Source: Octopus vulgaris (lineage: Eukaryota). Taken from it: a stretch of DNA of 64,000 nt. The number at the start of each line of letters is the position of its first letter. Position 1 is the stretch's first letter. The position numbers were made by a program, and so were the translations under genes. Shown here piece by piece: positions 1 to 13,145 of the stretch. A model generated the notes under the pieces. The model had not been told where the DNA came from. It made no database searches and saw only the letters and a list, made by a program, of their open reading frames with translations. Location: positions 372,001 to 436,000 of the forward strand of contig OX597830.1 of NCBI GenBank assembly GCA_951406725.2. The letters are read 5' to 3'.

Positions 1-1968
1 CCTTCTTCAGCTGCCCCTGTTTCGACTCAATGCGTGTTTCGAAGGTAAGTGTAGGACACGACCACGCCGAAGCAGTCCTTCTCGCAAAATGAATTAAATA
101 AAAAATTTTTGTGGAGGGGTAAAAAAAAAAGTTGACAAAAACAGGACGTAAAAGCAATACAAATGAAGAAAAAAACCCCAGTACAAATAAAGATAAAAAC
201 AGTAAAAGAGAGGACAAGGAAACCAACAATAAGGGCTTTTTTTGAAAGCCTAGACCGTGGAAAAATTCGTTAGAACGCATTCTGAAGATCGGCTTGCGAT
301 GTCTGTCTGTCACTCTCTCTCTGTCGTTCTTCTTATAAGTACGGAATTACGATAAAAGTAAGACTGGACGTTCAACCCTTATCCAGCGTTTCCAAGACTT
401 GTAGAATGATGGGGAGAAAGTTATCCGGGAATCTGACCTAAAACTTTGAATTCTATTAAAGGCCTCTATGTGTCAGCTATGAGAATTGATAGGATGACGG
501 ATGACGTACACAATTAAAGCTCTAACCAGTGTTCGGTCCAGCAAATATTTCACCCAGTGGGCTTAAATCCAGAAATATTTTGTAGCCAAGTGAGCAACTA
601 GTAACTGCACATTAGTCTGCTTGTCGTAAGTTTGTACACACACACACACATACAGTCACTCACACAAATACACTCTCACGCACACGCACATACACTTACT
701 AGCACATACACACATGCACATACAATCACAGGCACGCGTGCGTGGGTGCGTTTGAGTGTGTGTCTGTGTGTCTAATCCCCTGCTTCTAATCCCATACAAC
801 ATTTACAAAATCACCACCACGACGAACTTCACTCTCACCACCACCCATATCATCATCATCAGCAGCAGCAGCAGCAGCTTTATATAACTACTTCCATTGT
901 GCTTCATCATTTTTAATATTTTTCTTCATTTTTTTTTTACTGAGCGCGAGTGTGTGCATGTATGTTCGTGTGTTCGTGTTTGTGTGTGTGTGTGTGCGTG
1001 CGTATGTGTGTGCTTGTGTGTGTGTGTGTGTATGCGTGTATGTCTTCGTACGCATAACATTTTTTGGTTTTCTATTTGTGTTTGAATTCAATTTTTAAAA
1101 AATCGGGCAAAAGGGAGACTATTAAAACAAGCAACACAAAAAGAAGAGATTAGGAAATAGCAATTTCTCTGTTGGTTTATTCCTTCCTTCGGCTATTTTT
1201 CCTTTCTCTCCCCTCTCCCCTCCCCCTCTCTCTGTCTATCTCTATCCCTCTCTCGACCCTTCTCTCTCAAGGGGGAAGTGTCTTGTTCTTTTTGCGGTTA
1301 AAATTAAATTAAAAACAAAAAACAAGCAATATTCTTCCCTAATGATGAGTTGTGATGTTGTTTTTGTTATGTTCGGTATGTAGAAGTAGAACATGATGAT
1401 GACTATTGGTTGATAACAATTGTAAAATCAATCATTAACCGTGATTGGGGGATATCGAAGAATCGGTGAAAGTGACAACGGAATCTGCGCGCTCAACATA
1501 ACAGAAAGAAACACCCAACCATAAGAAGAATACATCAGCAAATGGAAGTTTCTCGCTTAAAAATAGCGGGAAGGTGACGGCTAGATGACATTTGATCGGG
1601 TCTCACATCACAACTAGTCTAAGACAACTAGTCTAAGACAACTAGTCAACACCAATACCATATAGGGAAGAACCAGCATCTGCCAAAAATCGTTTCTTTT
1701 TATCCGTAGAGAAGTTGTTTCCTCATATCAAGCCATATTTAAATAAAATATGACCCCCATTCAATCAATAGATACTTCATCGAAGTGGGAAATCGACGAG
1801 CTGACAGATGAAGGGTCTTTAAATCATAGGTTATGTGCCTGTACATAAAATAAACAAAGAGTTGGAAGTCTACTTAAGATAAATACAAGCTCAAATATTA
1901 GGATGTAAGATAGGTACACTTCACATGCATGCTTACATAAACATGTACGCACACACATACAGATATGC

Positions 1969-2041
<73 letters not shown>

Positions 2042-2303
2042 AAGAGAGAGAGAGGGAGAGGGAGAAAGCGAGAGAGATAGGTATATATATATATACACAC
2101 ACATAGTTATATGTATGTGTGTATATGCATATATATATATATATACACAAATGCACACATATATTACATATGTTTGTACACACACACATACGCACACACA
2201 CATATATATACGTATAAATACATGTAATATAGATATTTTTCCTAAGGCGCTCCTCCAGCGTGGACGCAGTGAAATGACTGAAACAAATAAACGATTGTGA
2301 GTG

Positions 2304-2347
<44 letters not shown>

Positions 2348-2576
2348 TATAAGAATATATACACACATGTATGAGCATATATACTTTCACTCACATATAT
2401 GTAGGTTTACACACGCGCGCATATACAGAGGGGAAAGAGTTGAACAAAGCGGCCAACATTTGCATTGCGGAACACATGAATATTTGATCAGAAAACACTC
2501 TCAGATCTAATGAATAAATATTTCAGCATCTATCAAGAGTTAGGGGGAAATATATAGATAGATACATAGAGAACGA

Positions 2577-2652
<76 letters not shown>

Positions 2653-3559
2653 GAAAGGAGAAGGAGGTAAGAGAGAGAGACTGAGAGACTGAGAGTAAGA
2701 GAGAGGAGAGAGCCAAGAGTGTAAGTTAGAGATACAGAAAGAGAATGGATGCTTATCTTCTGCCTGTAATCTTGAAATCATGCACAACACTACAGACAAC
2801 AAATATAAAGAAACATCCGTAAATAGATTCCCAGGTGGACTTGCATCACAGGTAATAACTGCACAAGAGTCTCTGACACATTCTTAAATTTATGGCACAC
2901 TCATGGCCAAAGAGAATTTGGTTTACAGTTTATATTTATTCTAATACTTTGATGGTGCATGTGTGTGCGTGTGTGTGTGGGCGCTTCCAAAGCGATGCAC
3001 GCTTCATTTTGTGCAACTAGAAAGATCAATGCATATGTAAATTTGAATGCACATTTCATTGCAATTCATTTGAAGCAGAACGACACACAGTGAAGCTGAT
3101 AAAGCGTACACTTTATTGCAGCAATCTATCGGGTGAGGTTTTTAGAGAACCGTAGAAATTCCCGCCCCACTCACGAAAATGGCAATGCTTTCAGATAATA
3201 AATCCTCAGTCTCTCTGTCCAATAAGCACTTGCTAGATGGAACCAATGAGCGCGCCTCTACAGACATGGAAACTAAATGTTGCTTGAATCAAGCTTCACG
3301 AAGAAGTTCAACACAACGGATGCTGTCGATAACGGTGCTGAGTAAAACCCTTAACTTGGAACGGTATTTGGAAAAATGTATATATAACCAAATTCTATAC
3401 ATGTCTTTATTAGTTTCTTAGAAGTAGAAAGTCTACTCGAATTCATAAAGATATTATATCACTTGCAAATGAAAGTAGGGTTTGAAAATGTCATAATAAA
3501 TTGAGGTGCTAGTGTCCCATAGAAGAATTTTATGTAACGAGGAGCTGATGCCGTAAGAA

Positions 3560-4030
3560 GTCAAGATGCGGATATAGACCAGAATACATAAATTCCACCG
3601 CCTCTCCAACCAGTTCATCGACGACAAGCATCAACCTCTTAACTAGCACCTTAGCCAAAATTTTCAGCTCTGTATTTAGCAGTGATGGTCCTATCTTCAA
3701 TTACGTTATCAATTACGTTTCCCTTGCTTGGGTTCTTCCTTAGCAGCACTACAGCCCCTCGGCTCACAGACCTGCCATTGGGCGTTTATGCTTGACACTA
3801 GGCTCCCAAATAGGTCTAGCATGTTGTAAAAGAATTCAAAGGGCAGACCATCCAGACAGCGCGATTTGCCCCCGTCGCAGCCAGACATGGCTTCTTCTAC
3901 CTCCACAGTTGAGATCGGCCCTTCTCACCACTCCGCCTCTTTTACCGAAATTTGCGGCGGGCCAACGAGGAAGCCCGAGAAGTTCATCCTGCATTCCAGC
4001 CCACTGCTCGTCCCAAATAACTGGGCGAAC
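3560..4030 (-). pseudogene. Degenerate Tx1/L1-clade LINE RT fragment
   Basis: ORF 3709-3906 (EAMSGCDGGKSRCLDGLPFEFFYNMLDLFG) aligns by eye to DAMAGCARDKSPGLDGLPYELYCQMPDLFG in ORF2 of the 28.9-34.8 kb element. Confidence 0.8.
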
Positions 4031-4039
4031 GGCTAGTAA

Positions 4040-4232
4040 AGAAGGTCATACATTGCTGACGGAGCGGCCATGCTCACACTGTAAAACCAGAAAAACATAT
4101 GGCGCATTCAGACTCAAACTTCGATCACGCGACTATAGTGGCACCAACAATAAGCACGCATGCGCAGAAGGCAGTGTGAAAATAATAGAGATATGTTATC
4201 GTGAAAGTGCGGATAATTTTTGACACTCCCTC

Positions 4233-4233
<1 letters not shown>
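4040..4233 (-). mobile_element. Mariner-like DNA transposon terminus in (TA)n
   Basis: Minus strand reads TA-CGAGGGAGTGTCAAAAATTATCCGCACT, resembling mariner TIR starts (TACGAGGG..TCAAAA). Inner boundary is approximate. Confidence 0.55.
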
Positions 4234-4286
<53 letters not shown>

Positions 4287-4362
4287 GCAGCGTGGGAGGT
4301 GTTTATAAGCCATTTAAGAAACACACAAAAGCCGTTCGATTCACTCCAACATTTAAGTTTAA

Positions 4363-4412
4363 TTTGTCAAAATATTTTCGTCGCTAAAATCCGCGACCTG
4401 TTCACTGACAAA
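4363..4412 (-). ncRNA. Type I hammerhead-like motif, G3:C8 variant (left-arm copy)
   Basis: Reverse complement of 6085-6134. Confidence 0.65.
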
Positions 4413-6084
4413 GTCCGTGCTGCATCTAAGAAAGTAACAGTTAGTTCGTCATATATATGTATGTACGTATGTATGTGTGTATGTATGCATACATGTGTGT
4501 ATGTATGTACGTATTCATGTCCGCACATACGCCTGTGTATGCATGTATGTATGTATGTATGTATATATGTATGTGTGTGTATAAGCACGCACATACACTC
4601 TATAAAACATAAAGTTATAAACCTGTAGCGATGGATGGATGTAGAGTGACCACTCATCACAACGCTATCAAATTTCAACTCCCTACGGCCGAGGCTAGAA
4701 AGTGAATTTATGACGCTTGCTCACAAGAACTATACCCTAAAATCTATTATCAGATTTTTATCTCTATATCACAGAACTAATGTTTTACTATTGTTCGTAT
4801 GTATGTATGTATGTGCGTATGTATGTATGTATGTATGTATGTATGTATGTATGTATGTATGTATGTATGTATGTATGTATGTATGTATGTATGTACATAC
4901 GTACGCATGTGCGTATGTATGTATACGCGCCCGTATGCATGTGCCCATGTATGTGTGTGTACATGTACGTGCGTATGTACGTGTGTATGCCCATACGTAG
5001 GTATGTATGTATGTTTGTATTCATGTGCTACGTATGTATGTGAGTGTCTAGGAGAATGGGCAGATGTGTCCGTGAGAGTGTGTACATGTGTATGTGTATG
5101 TGAACGTATGTCCGTGTACTGGCATGTGTCCGTCCAAGTTGTGTACATGACTGTTACTTAGCTGAAGGTTGTATACATATTTACATATATGTTTGTATAG
5201 ACGCACACACATATATATATATGTGTGTGGGTGTGTGTTTGTTCCTCTCATCGTCGTCTAACCGTAGACGACGATGAGAGGAACAAACACACACCCACAC
5301 ACATATATATATATGTGTGTGCGTCTATACAAACATATATGTAAATATGTATACAACCTTCAGCTAAGTAACAGTCATGTACACAACTTGGACGGACACA
5401 TGCCAGTACACGGACATACGTTCACATACACATACACATGTACACACTCTCACGGACACATCTGCCCATTCTCCTAGACACTCACATACATACGTAGCAC
5501 ATGAATACAAACATACATACATACCTACGTATGGGCATACACACGTACATACGCACGTACATGTACACACACACATACATGGGCACATGCATACGGGCGC
5601 GTATACATACATACGCACATGCGTACGTATGTACATACATACATACATACATACATACATACATACATACATACATACATACACATACATACATACATAC
5701 GAACAATAGTAAAACATTAGTTCTGTGATATAGAGATAAAAATCTGATAATAGATTTTAGGGTATAGTTCTTGTGAGCAAGCGTCATATATTCACTTTCT
5801 AGCCTCGGCCGTAGGGAGTTGAAATTTGATAGCGTTGTGATGAGTGGTCACTCTACATCCATCCATCGCTACAGGTTTATAACTTTATGTTTTATAGAGT
5901 GTATGTGCGTGCTTATACACACACATACATATATACATACATACATACATACATGCATACACAGGCGTATGTGCGGACATGAATACGTACATACATACAC
6001 ACATGTATGCATACATACACACATACATACGTACATACATATATATGACGAACTAACTGTTACTTTCTTAGATGCAGCACGGAC

Positions 6085-6134
6085 TTTGTCAGTGAACAGG
6101 TCGCGGATTTTAGCGACGAAAATATTTTGACAAA
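6085..6134 (+). ncRNA. Type I hammerhead-like motif, G3:C8 variant
   Basis: Stem I TTTGTCA/TGACAAA; core GTGAACA-G; stem II GTCGC/GCGAC; GAAA; palindromic stem III AATATT; UUU site. Confidence 0.65.
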
Positions 6135-6272
6135 TTAAACTTAAATGTTGGAGTGAATCGAACGGCTTTTGTGTGTTTCTTAAATGGCTTATAAACACCT
6201 CCCACGCTGCAATTGTTTTCGTTTCAGCACACGATCTCAGATCAAATTACTTGCTATGCGAGTACATCTCCG

Positions 6273-6311
<39 letters not shown>

Positions 6312-7184
6312 CGTATATATATATATATTTTTATAAAAAATTCTTTAATTTTATCTAGTTTCAGCTCACGAGCTGTGGCTATGCTGGGGCACCGCCATTC
6401 AGTGTTGCTACATAATTTTACTTCACGAAAGCTTTTTAGCAATTGATATTTGGTGCATGAGAGAATTTGATGCAGCTGCCCTCATCTGCACCTCCTGCCG
6501 TGAAGTTATGCAGGTCTCTCAGGTTCATCGGGAGCATATTGAAGAGCTCCGAAGCCCAGGCTATCACAGTATCTTGTCCTACATCTTGATGGCAAATTTG
6601 GAGTCCTTGGCACTATACAGTGGCGCCCAGTTCTGGCATTTGTGTAACACTCGATGCCAAAGTTTGGGACAAGTCCTTCTAGGATCTTCCAGATGTATAT
6701 TATGGCATATCTTTCTCGCCTACGCTCTAAGGAATACAGTCTTAATCTCTTGAGTCTTTCCCAATAGTTTTATGCTGCACAGAGGCTATCTTCGTGTAGC
6801 TTCGTTGGTTCGCCTCAAATTCTGTGATTAACTTGACACTGGTTGGTGACCATAGCTGAGAGCAATAGTCAAAGTGGCTTAGGACAGGTGTCCTCCAAGA
6901 GAACCATCATGGTTTCCTGGTCTCTTGTTCTAAAAGCTCTAAGAATCCATCCGGTCAGCCGCCATTGTATTCATTGGGTATTGCATTTAGTTTTGCATGC
7001 TGATAGCATAAAGCTTGAAACTTTTCAGCATTGAACTGCATGCTATTTTTTCAGCCCACTTGTATATTTTGTCCAGGTTACATTGCAGGTGCATAGTGTC
7101 TTCAGGGTTCCGTATTACCTGTGAAACTTTTGTATCATCTGCATAGCTTGTGATCGTGGCTCTCTGCGTGGCTGAGGGCATGTC

Positions 7185-9074
7185 TTAGAGGGCCATTATG
7201 AACAGTAGTGGTCCCAAAACAGTGCCTTGCGGAACACCACTCACTATTTGCGTATTATTGGAGGTGGCCCCATTGGCTACTACCACCTGACTTCTATCCT
7301 TCAGAAAGTCATGAAGCCATTCTCCCAATTTTCCAACTATGCCAAGATCACGCAGTATGTGACATATCATTTCATGATCGACTTTATCAAAGGCCTTTGC
7401 AAAGTCGAGATATATCACTTCCACATGTGAGAGGTTGAGCAGTCGTTTCAGCACCCAGTCATAGTGTTGTAGGAGCTGAGTTAGGCTGCTTCTTCCTGGT
7501 CGGAAACCATGTCGGGTATCAGACAGCAAGTTATTTTCTTCAAGGAAGGCGATTAGTTTCCTTCTGACTATTCGTTCCATGACCTTGCTGATGTGTGAGG
7601 TCAGACAGATAGGTCTGTAGTTCTTGGCCTCCGCACTACGATCTCCTTTATGAATAAGGAATATTTTACCTTCTTTAAGTTTTCTTGGAAGTTTGCTAGT
7701 TGCAAGAAAGCTCTGAAAGAGGAACTGCAGTGGTCTTGCTAGGACTCTCTTACATACTTTTAGAAGAATTGTTGGGAATCCATCGTGGCCAGTAGCTGAG
7801 TTTGGGTTCATTTTATCTATAGCCTTTATTACACCGTCTTCCTTTATATTGATGTAATCAATCATCACTGCCTCTGATTTTATATCTGCAGTGGTAAAGA
7901 AGTCATTTGGATTGCTGATTTGAAAATGCCCTAGGGGTGGAGTGAAAATACTCTTGAATTGCTCATTTAGTATTTCACTTATCCTCATTGGATTTCCTGT
8001 GAGTATACCATCTTTTTCAAGGAGTGGCTCTATCCTACAATTCACCGCAGCTGTTTCTTTGGCAAACTTGTAGAAAGCTCTGCAGACAAGTTGCAGACAT
8101 TTTTCAATTTCCAACAGTTTTATTTTCAGGCGGGACTTTTCACTGCTTTCAATTTGTTTGTTTAGGAGATTTGAAACTTTTGTACGCCGTCTCATAAGAA
8201 TTTTCCTTTCTCTGGAGATTTTGTTCTTGTGTACAGTGGCTTTTCTCTCTGGGACACATTTGTAGCATATGGCTTGCATTACAGACATGGATTGTTGAAG
8301 TTTCATGTCGATGTCTGGCGAGGAGAGACATTCAGGCCAGTTTTGTTTGAGGATCTCTTTCTCAATTTGTTTCCAGTTTGCCTTATGGAAGTTCAAGCTG
8401 GAAAGATTCTGAGGGTTTCTTGTAGGCTGCATGTCCGTGCTCTCTTTTGGCGCGTACATGGTCAGCTCTACCATGTTGTGATCCGAGAGTAGTGTCGGTG
8501 TCACTTTCACATTAGGGATGAGATCCATATTATTTGTGAAGCAGAGATCCAGTATGTTACCTGCCCTGGTTGGCTGGAGTATTACCTGCTCCATGTACAG
8601 AGTGTTGATGAGGTTCAGGAGGGACCTCACCTGTCCTCGTTTGCATCGTGTCATTCCTGGGAGAGAAAGGCCCTCGGGCCATCTGACATTGGGCAGATTG
8701 AAGTCTCCCATAAGAAGTACACTTACGTGTTGTTCTAATGTGACTAGAACTTCTATTTTTGTAAGGCAATCTTCAAAATTGCCTACATGACTTGGAGCGT
8801 CTGGAGGGCGATATGTAGCACATATAACTACACCGAGTTGCCTAATATGTACAATTAGTGTGTCACACACCGAATTTGAGTCTGACAAATGGACCTGGTG
8901 TGTGAGGTCCTCGCGGATGTACATAACAACTCCACCATGACTCCTTTCTTTTCTGTCGGTCCGTAGTACAACATACTTTGGTATGTGTATTTCCGCATCT
9001 GCTGTGTCCGGTTTCAGGTGTGTTTCCGTAAGTACTATGCATAAGGCTTGATTGCAGGCAACAAGGTCTCTCAA
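7185..9074 (-). CDS. LINE ORF2 (APE endonuclease + RT), 629-aa open segment ending at a premature stop before YADD
   Basis: Motifs as above; reading continues in 6987-7181 (SYADDTK). Probably non-functional. Confidence 0.85.
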   Translation of the reverse strand: MRDLVACNQALCIVLTETHLKPDTADAEIHIPKYVVLRTDRKERSHGGVVMYIREDLTHQVHLSDSNSVCDTLIVHIRQLGVVICATYRPPDAPSHVGNFEDCLTKIEVLVTLEQHVSVLLMGDFNLPNVRWPEGLSLPGMTRCKRGQVRSLLNLINTLYMEQVILQPTRAGNILDLCFTNNMDLIPNVKVTPTLLSDHNMVELTMYAPKESTDMQPTRNPQNLSSLNFHKANWKQIEKEILKQNWPECLSSPDIDMKLQQSMSVMQAICYKCVPERKATVHKNKISRERKILMRRRTKVSNLLNKQIESSEKSRLKIKLLEIEKCLQLVCRAFYKFAKETAAVNCRIEPLLEKDGILTGNPMRISEILNEQFKSIFTPPLGHFQISNPNDFFTTADIKSEAVMIDYINIKEDGVIKAIDKMNPNSATGHDGFPTILLKVCKRVLARPLQFLFQSFLATSKLPRKLKEGKIFLIHKGDRSAEAKNYRPICLTSHISKVMERIVRRKLIAFLEENNLLSDTRHGFRPGRSSLTQLLQHYDWVLKRLLNLSHVEVIYLDFAKAFDKVDHEMICHILRDLGIVGKLGEWLHDFLKDRSQVVVANGATSNNTQIVSGVPQGTVLGPLLFIMAL

Positions 9075-10050
9075 GAACGGGATTTTGTCCTGTTACTGAG
9101 CGTTAGCAGTCCTCTTATGTTCAGTAGGCGCTTCGAGGTAATGTGTGTGTTATTGCCAGTGGTGTCCACCTTGGGTCTATTTGCTGTGGTGGTCTTGTGT
9201 ATTGTGGATAGTCCCATCTGCGAGTTTGAGTTTGATGGAGCCTGGTTAGCTGCTGTACAATCTTTTGTGCCATGCACAAAAAAGATTCTTGTTCAGCAGC
9301 TGCCCTTTCAATATCATGTTGATGGTTTGTAACACGCACTACATCTGCGTACCTCCGTTTTGGGGCAGGTGGTGCGTGGTCCATTCCTTTTCCTTTTGGA
9401 AGTTGGTTTCTGCCCTGTTTCATGTTTATGTGACAGGGTCTTTGGTGTGCAAAACGGCAGTGTGCACCTTCCTCTCCATGTCAGCAGACACCTTTCATGT
9501 AGAATTTACACATGCGTGTGCGCTGTCTCTTTCTATCCTTTTTGGTATATGGATAGTCAGGTTTGTTTCATCTTTTGGTTTTGTTTGAGTCTTAGCTTTT
9601 CCTTCTTTGGCTGTTTCATCCTTTGTTTTTCTTTTAGTTTTTCCGCCTTTTACTTCTTTTTTGGCTCTTTCATCTGCATGGTTTTGGCTTTTGATGCTGG
9701 TAGGGGCACTTGCACTTGGGTTTACTTCCCAGGCAGGTTTCTCACTTGAATCGTCTTTGTTGTCCTGGGTGTCTACCAAGTGGGGGTAAAATCCTTCATC
9801 TGCACCCGTGCCTCCATCCTTGCCATCTTTACTTTGTTTGTTGTCAAAGATGACATCAAGCGTGCCAATGTGGGATCTTATAAGTGCATAGGAGCGTGTA
9901 AACTCCTGTTTCTTTCGCTCTATCTGTGCTAACTTCCTTGTGTATCCACTGCTCTTCAGCGCAGCTGTAATTATGTTGTTTGAATTATCTCCGTCAGCAC
10001 ATTGCAGGCTCTCAAAAACAATGCCAATTCCATGGTCTTCCAGGTATTTA
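9071..10050 (-). pseudogene. LINE ORF1 remnant with CCCH-type zinc finger
   Basis: About 9445-9510 translates CKFYMKGVC*HGEEGAHCRFAH; Lys-rich segment at 9495-9779. Confidence 0.6.
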
Positions 10051-10116
10051 TCTATCTAGTTATATCTAAAATTTAACAGTGTGATAGACGGCAGAGAAGA
10101 AATAGAGAAAGAAAGT

Positions 10117-10505
10117 GTCTATGTATTTAGAGAGATTGAGAGCTGAGAGAAGATAAGAAGAGAGTAAGAGAGAGTGAGAGGAGAATGTTCGCGTCTATAT
10201 ATTTAGAAAAATTGAGAGGCTGAGAGAGGAAAGATGGTGTGACAGAGAGAAGTGAAGAGACAGAGAAAGAGGCGTGAAGGAGAGAATTGAAGAGACAGAG
10301 AGAGAAAGAAATGAAAGAGAGGAGGTTATGCAAAAACTTGAGCGGCTGAGAGAAGATAAAGAAGAAAGTGAGAGTGAGTGAGAGGAGAATGTTCACGTCT
10401 ATATATTTAGGAAGATGGAGGGGCTGAGAAAAGGAAGATGTTGTGATAGAGAGAAGTGAGGAGACAGAGAGAGAAAGAAAAGAAAGAGATGAAGTTATGC
10501 AAAAG
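10117..10505. repeat. Purine-rich tandem repeat, about 200-bp period, about 2 copies
   Basis: GAGAGGAGAATGTTC.CGTCTATATATTTAG and GTTATGCAAAA each occur twice. Confidence 0.7.
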
Positions 10506-11134
10506 ATTCTACTTGGATAGTAGAATATATAAATAAAGTAACAAATAAATATATCTATCTGCAGCTACGAAAGTTCTCTTCTAAACTAATTATAAATATA
10601 TATCTATCTGTAGATATATATATTTATAATTTATATCATAAATAAATGAAAAGGATTTTTGAATTATTTTAAAGAGATATAGTGAGAAATTGATAAAAGC
10701 AAAGTGGGCGCTGCAACAGAAATTGAAAGAAAATTATTCACAGAATGTAAACAAAGATGAGGTCCTAACTCAGACGTTACATTGAATTACAGGTAATTAA
10801 ACAAATGAAAATGGTACTTATCCGCAAAAGGCAAAATTTCCAAATCCGTGTCCCTATGCGGCTGGAAATAAACTTACGAATTGCCACCACGTGCTTTTTT
10901 GACGGAGAATCTTGCGTGCGTAACTAACTTTAATGTATTATATTTGGATTGAAGCGAAATATATAAAACGGTTTTTAACTCTTATATCCTAGTAGACCGC
11001 TATGAGATAACAAGTTCTACGTTTTTTATCAGTTTTAGCAGATTATTTCGTCGATTTATGCAATCCCTTTTTTCCTTGTTTTTTCTTTTTCCCCGGAACG
11101 AAGGAAACACGTCGTTCTTCTACGAAACCGGAAG

Positions 11135-11193
<59 letters not shown>

Positions 11194-11194
11194 C

Positions 11195-11308
<114 letters not shown>

Positions 11309-11309
11309 G

Positions 11310-11357
<48 letters not shown>

Positions 11358-11689
11358 CGTATATATATATATATATATAAACGTATATGTGTTTATATGC
11401 ATGTACATATGCACGCGCGTATATGAATGTGAATGGATGTACAGGTTTCTGTGCATGTGGGTGTATATATGCATATATATTTTATGCATATGGGTGTGTT
11501 TGTATATATGTGCTTATACTTATATGCACATATGGGCGTGTGTATACGTATGTATGCATATGTACGCAGGTGTGTGTATGCATGAACTTGGGTGAACACA
11601 TACGGACGCATACATGTAGGTGTATGTATGTGTATGTATATGTATGTGTACATGTGTGTCTGTATGTGTATATGTATATGTGTATATAC

Positions 11690-11734
<45 letters not shown>

Positions 11735-12642
11735 GATATATATGTGTGTGTGTATATATATATGTATATATGTATATGGGGGTGTGTGTGTGTATGTGCG
11801 TGTGTGTATATGTGTGTATATGCGTATATATATGTGTGTCGATTTGTGTATGTATGTGTGCTTATATATGGGTGTATGTGTATATATATATATATATGTA
11901 TATATATATACACATGTGTATGTATATGTATATATGTATATGTTGATTGAGGATGTCATGGACTGTATATTAACACCGACTTCCAGACTAGCACCAGACG
12001 CATATGTGAAAGTAGATAAGTATGTAGACACACACGTACATACAGACTTATTGGACTTGGAGCATGTAGCTTAGGACTGCCACTAACTGACCATTCGCCC
12101 ACTACTATATCGCTCCCCCCAGATAATTAAAAATAATTTACGACACCCACCACGGCATCAAAACTCGAACCCATCATCTCTAACCGCCATGTATTCTTCT
12201 GTATCTCTTTATTTTTATCTCACTTTATCTTTATGTTCACCTTTTTATTTTTTTTATTTTTCGCTTTTTATCTCTTATTTTTTTCTTTTTTATTTTTATT
12301 TCTTACTTTTTATTTTTGTTACTTTATTTTAGCTTTTACCCTTTATTTCTTGTACCGTTTACACTTTCACAATACATTTCTAGAATTTATGACTCTATAC
12401 GTGACGTCCTTTGTATCTTTATATACTTATTATTTTTTACATCTTTACTTTTATTATATTTTATATGTATCCTTTATAATTATGTTTAAATTTATATATA
12501 TATATATATTTTCTTTTTTGTGATCCCAACTTCATTAAAGTTTCACCCCCTTCCCCTCCTTTCCTCTTTCTCTCAACATCCAATTCTTTCCCTTATATGA
12601 CGTAATCTACTCAGTATTCATTCTTTACCGAGTGAAGAAACG

Positions 12643-12720
12643 GTAATCGACTTAATCCCTTTGTCTGTCCTTGTTTGTCCCCTCTATGTTTAGCCCCTTG
12701 TGGGTAGTAAAGAAATAGGT
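12643..12720 (+). mobile_element. 3' fragment of the tRNA-derived SINE
   Basis: Matches the 3' part of the SINEs at 16942-17175 and 40184 onward (TGTCCTTGTTTGTCCCCTCT..GTGGGTAGTAAAGAAATAGG). Confidence 0.85.
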
Positions 12721-12857
12721 ATGGACGATTTGTTTTGGAGTCTCGCAATACCATGTACGCCTATGAGGATTTATTTTCCCAATGAAACTCGGTTTTTTCT
12801 CAAACTCTTTCTGAAACCTGTTATAATGTGATACATGCCTTTGGTGTGGTAATTGTA

Positions 12858-12952
12858 TGCGGCTGAAGAAGGCTTTTGATCTATCTGTTATATCAATTAT
12901 GCATTGATATAAGAATAAGTTGTTCAATAAAGCCTGAAACATATGTACCGCA
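12858..12952 (+). ncRNA. Canonical type I hammerhead ribozyme with long stem II
   Basis: Stem I TGCGG/CCGCA; CTGAAGA; stem II AGGCTTT/AAAGCCT plus inner hairpin TATATCAAT/ATTGATATA; GAAA; stem III ACATATGT; GUA site. Confidence 0.85.
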
Positions 12953-13063
12953 AAATACTTTGCGTCCTGTTTTTCTTTTGATACATATATCCTAACACCT
13001 ATACAGGTGCTTACATTTATCAAGTATTCACCCTGAATTTATATATATATATATATATATACG

Positions 13064-13118
<55 letters not shown>

Positions 13119-13145
13119 GTATATATATATTACGTATATATATCA

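Larger units (their letters stand above)
4283..6275. repeat. 1.9-kb near-perfect inverted repeat (Penelope-type inverted terminal structure) with 3' tail
   Basis: Left arm 4283-5260, loop ACCG 5261-5264, right arm 5265-6214, unpaired tail 6215-6275; (TA)n on both flanks. Confidence 0.95.
6350..10060 (-). mobile_element. CR1/L2-group LINE, near full length and frameshifted (ORF1 + APE-RT + 3' stem-loop); may extend to about 11135
   Basis: APE motifs LTETHL, YRPP, MGDFN, LDL, SDH; RT motifs [38 protein letters not shown], then YADD after a stop; 3' end CAGCTCGTGAGCTGAAACTAG. Confidence 0.92.

Noticed and set aside
1609-1648. (AAGACAACTAGTCT) 14-bp tandem repeat
   Set aside because: Only about three units, no spacers; not CRISPR and no partner TIR found.
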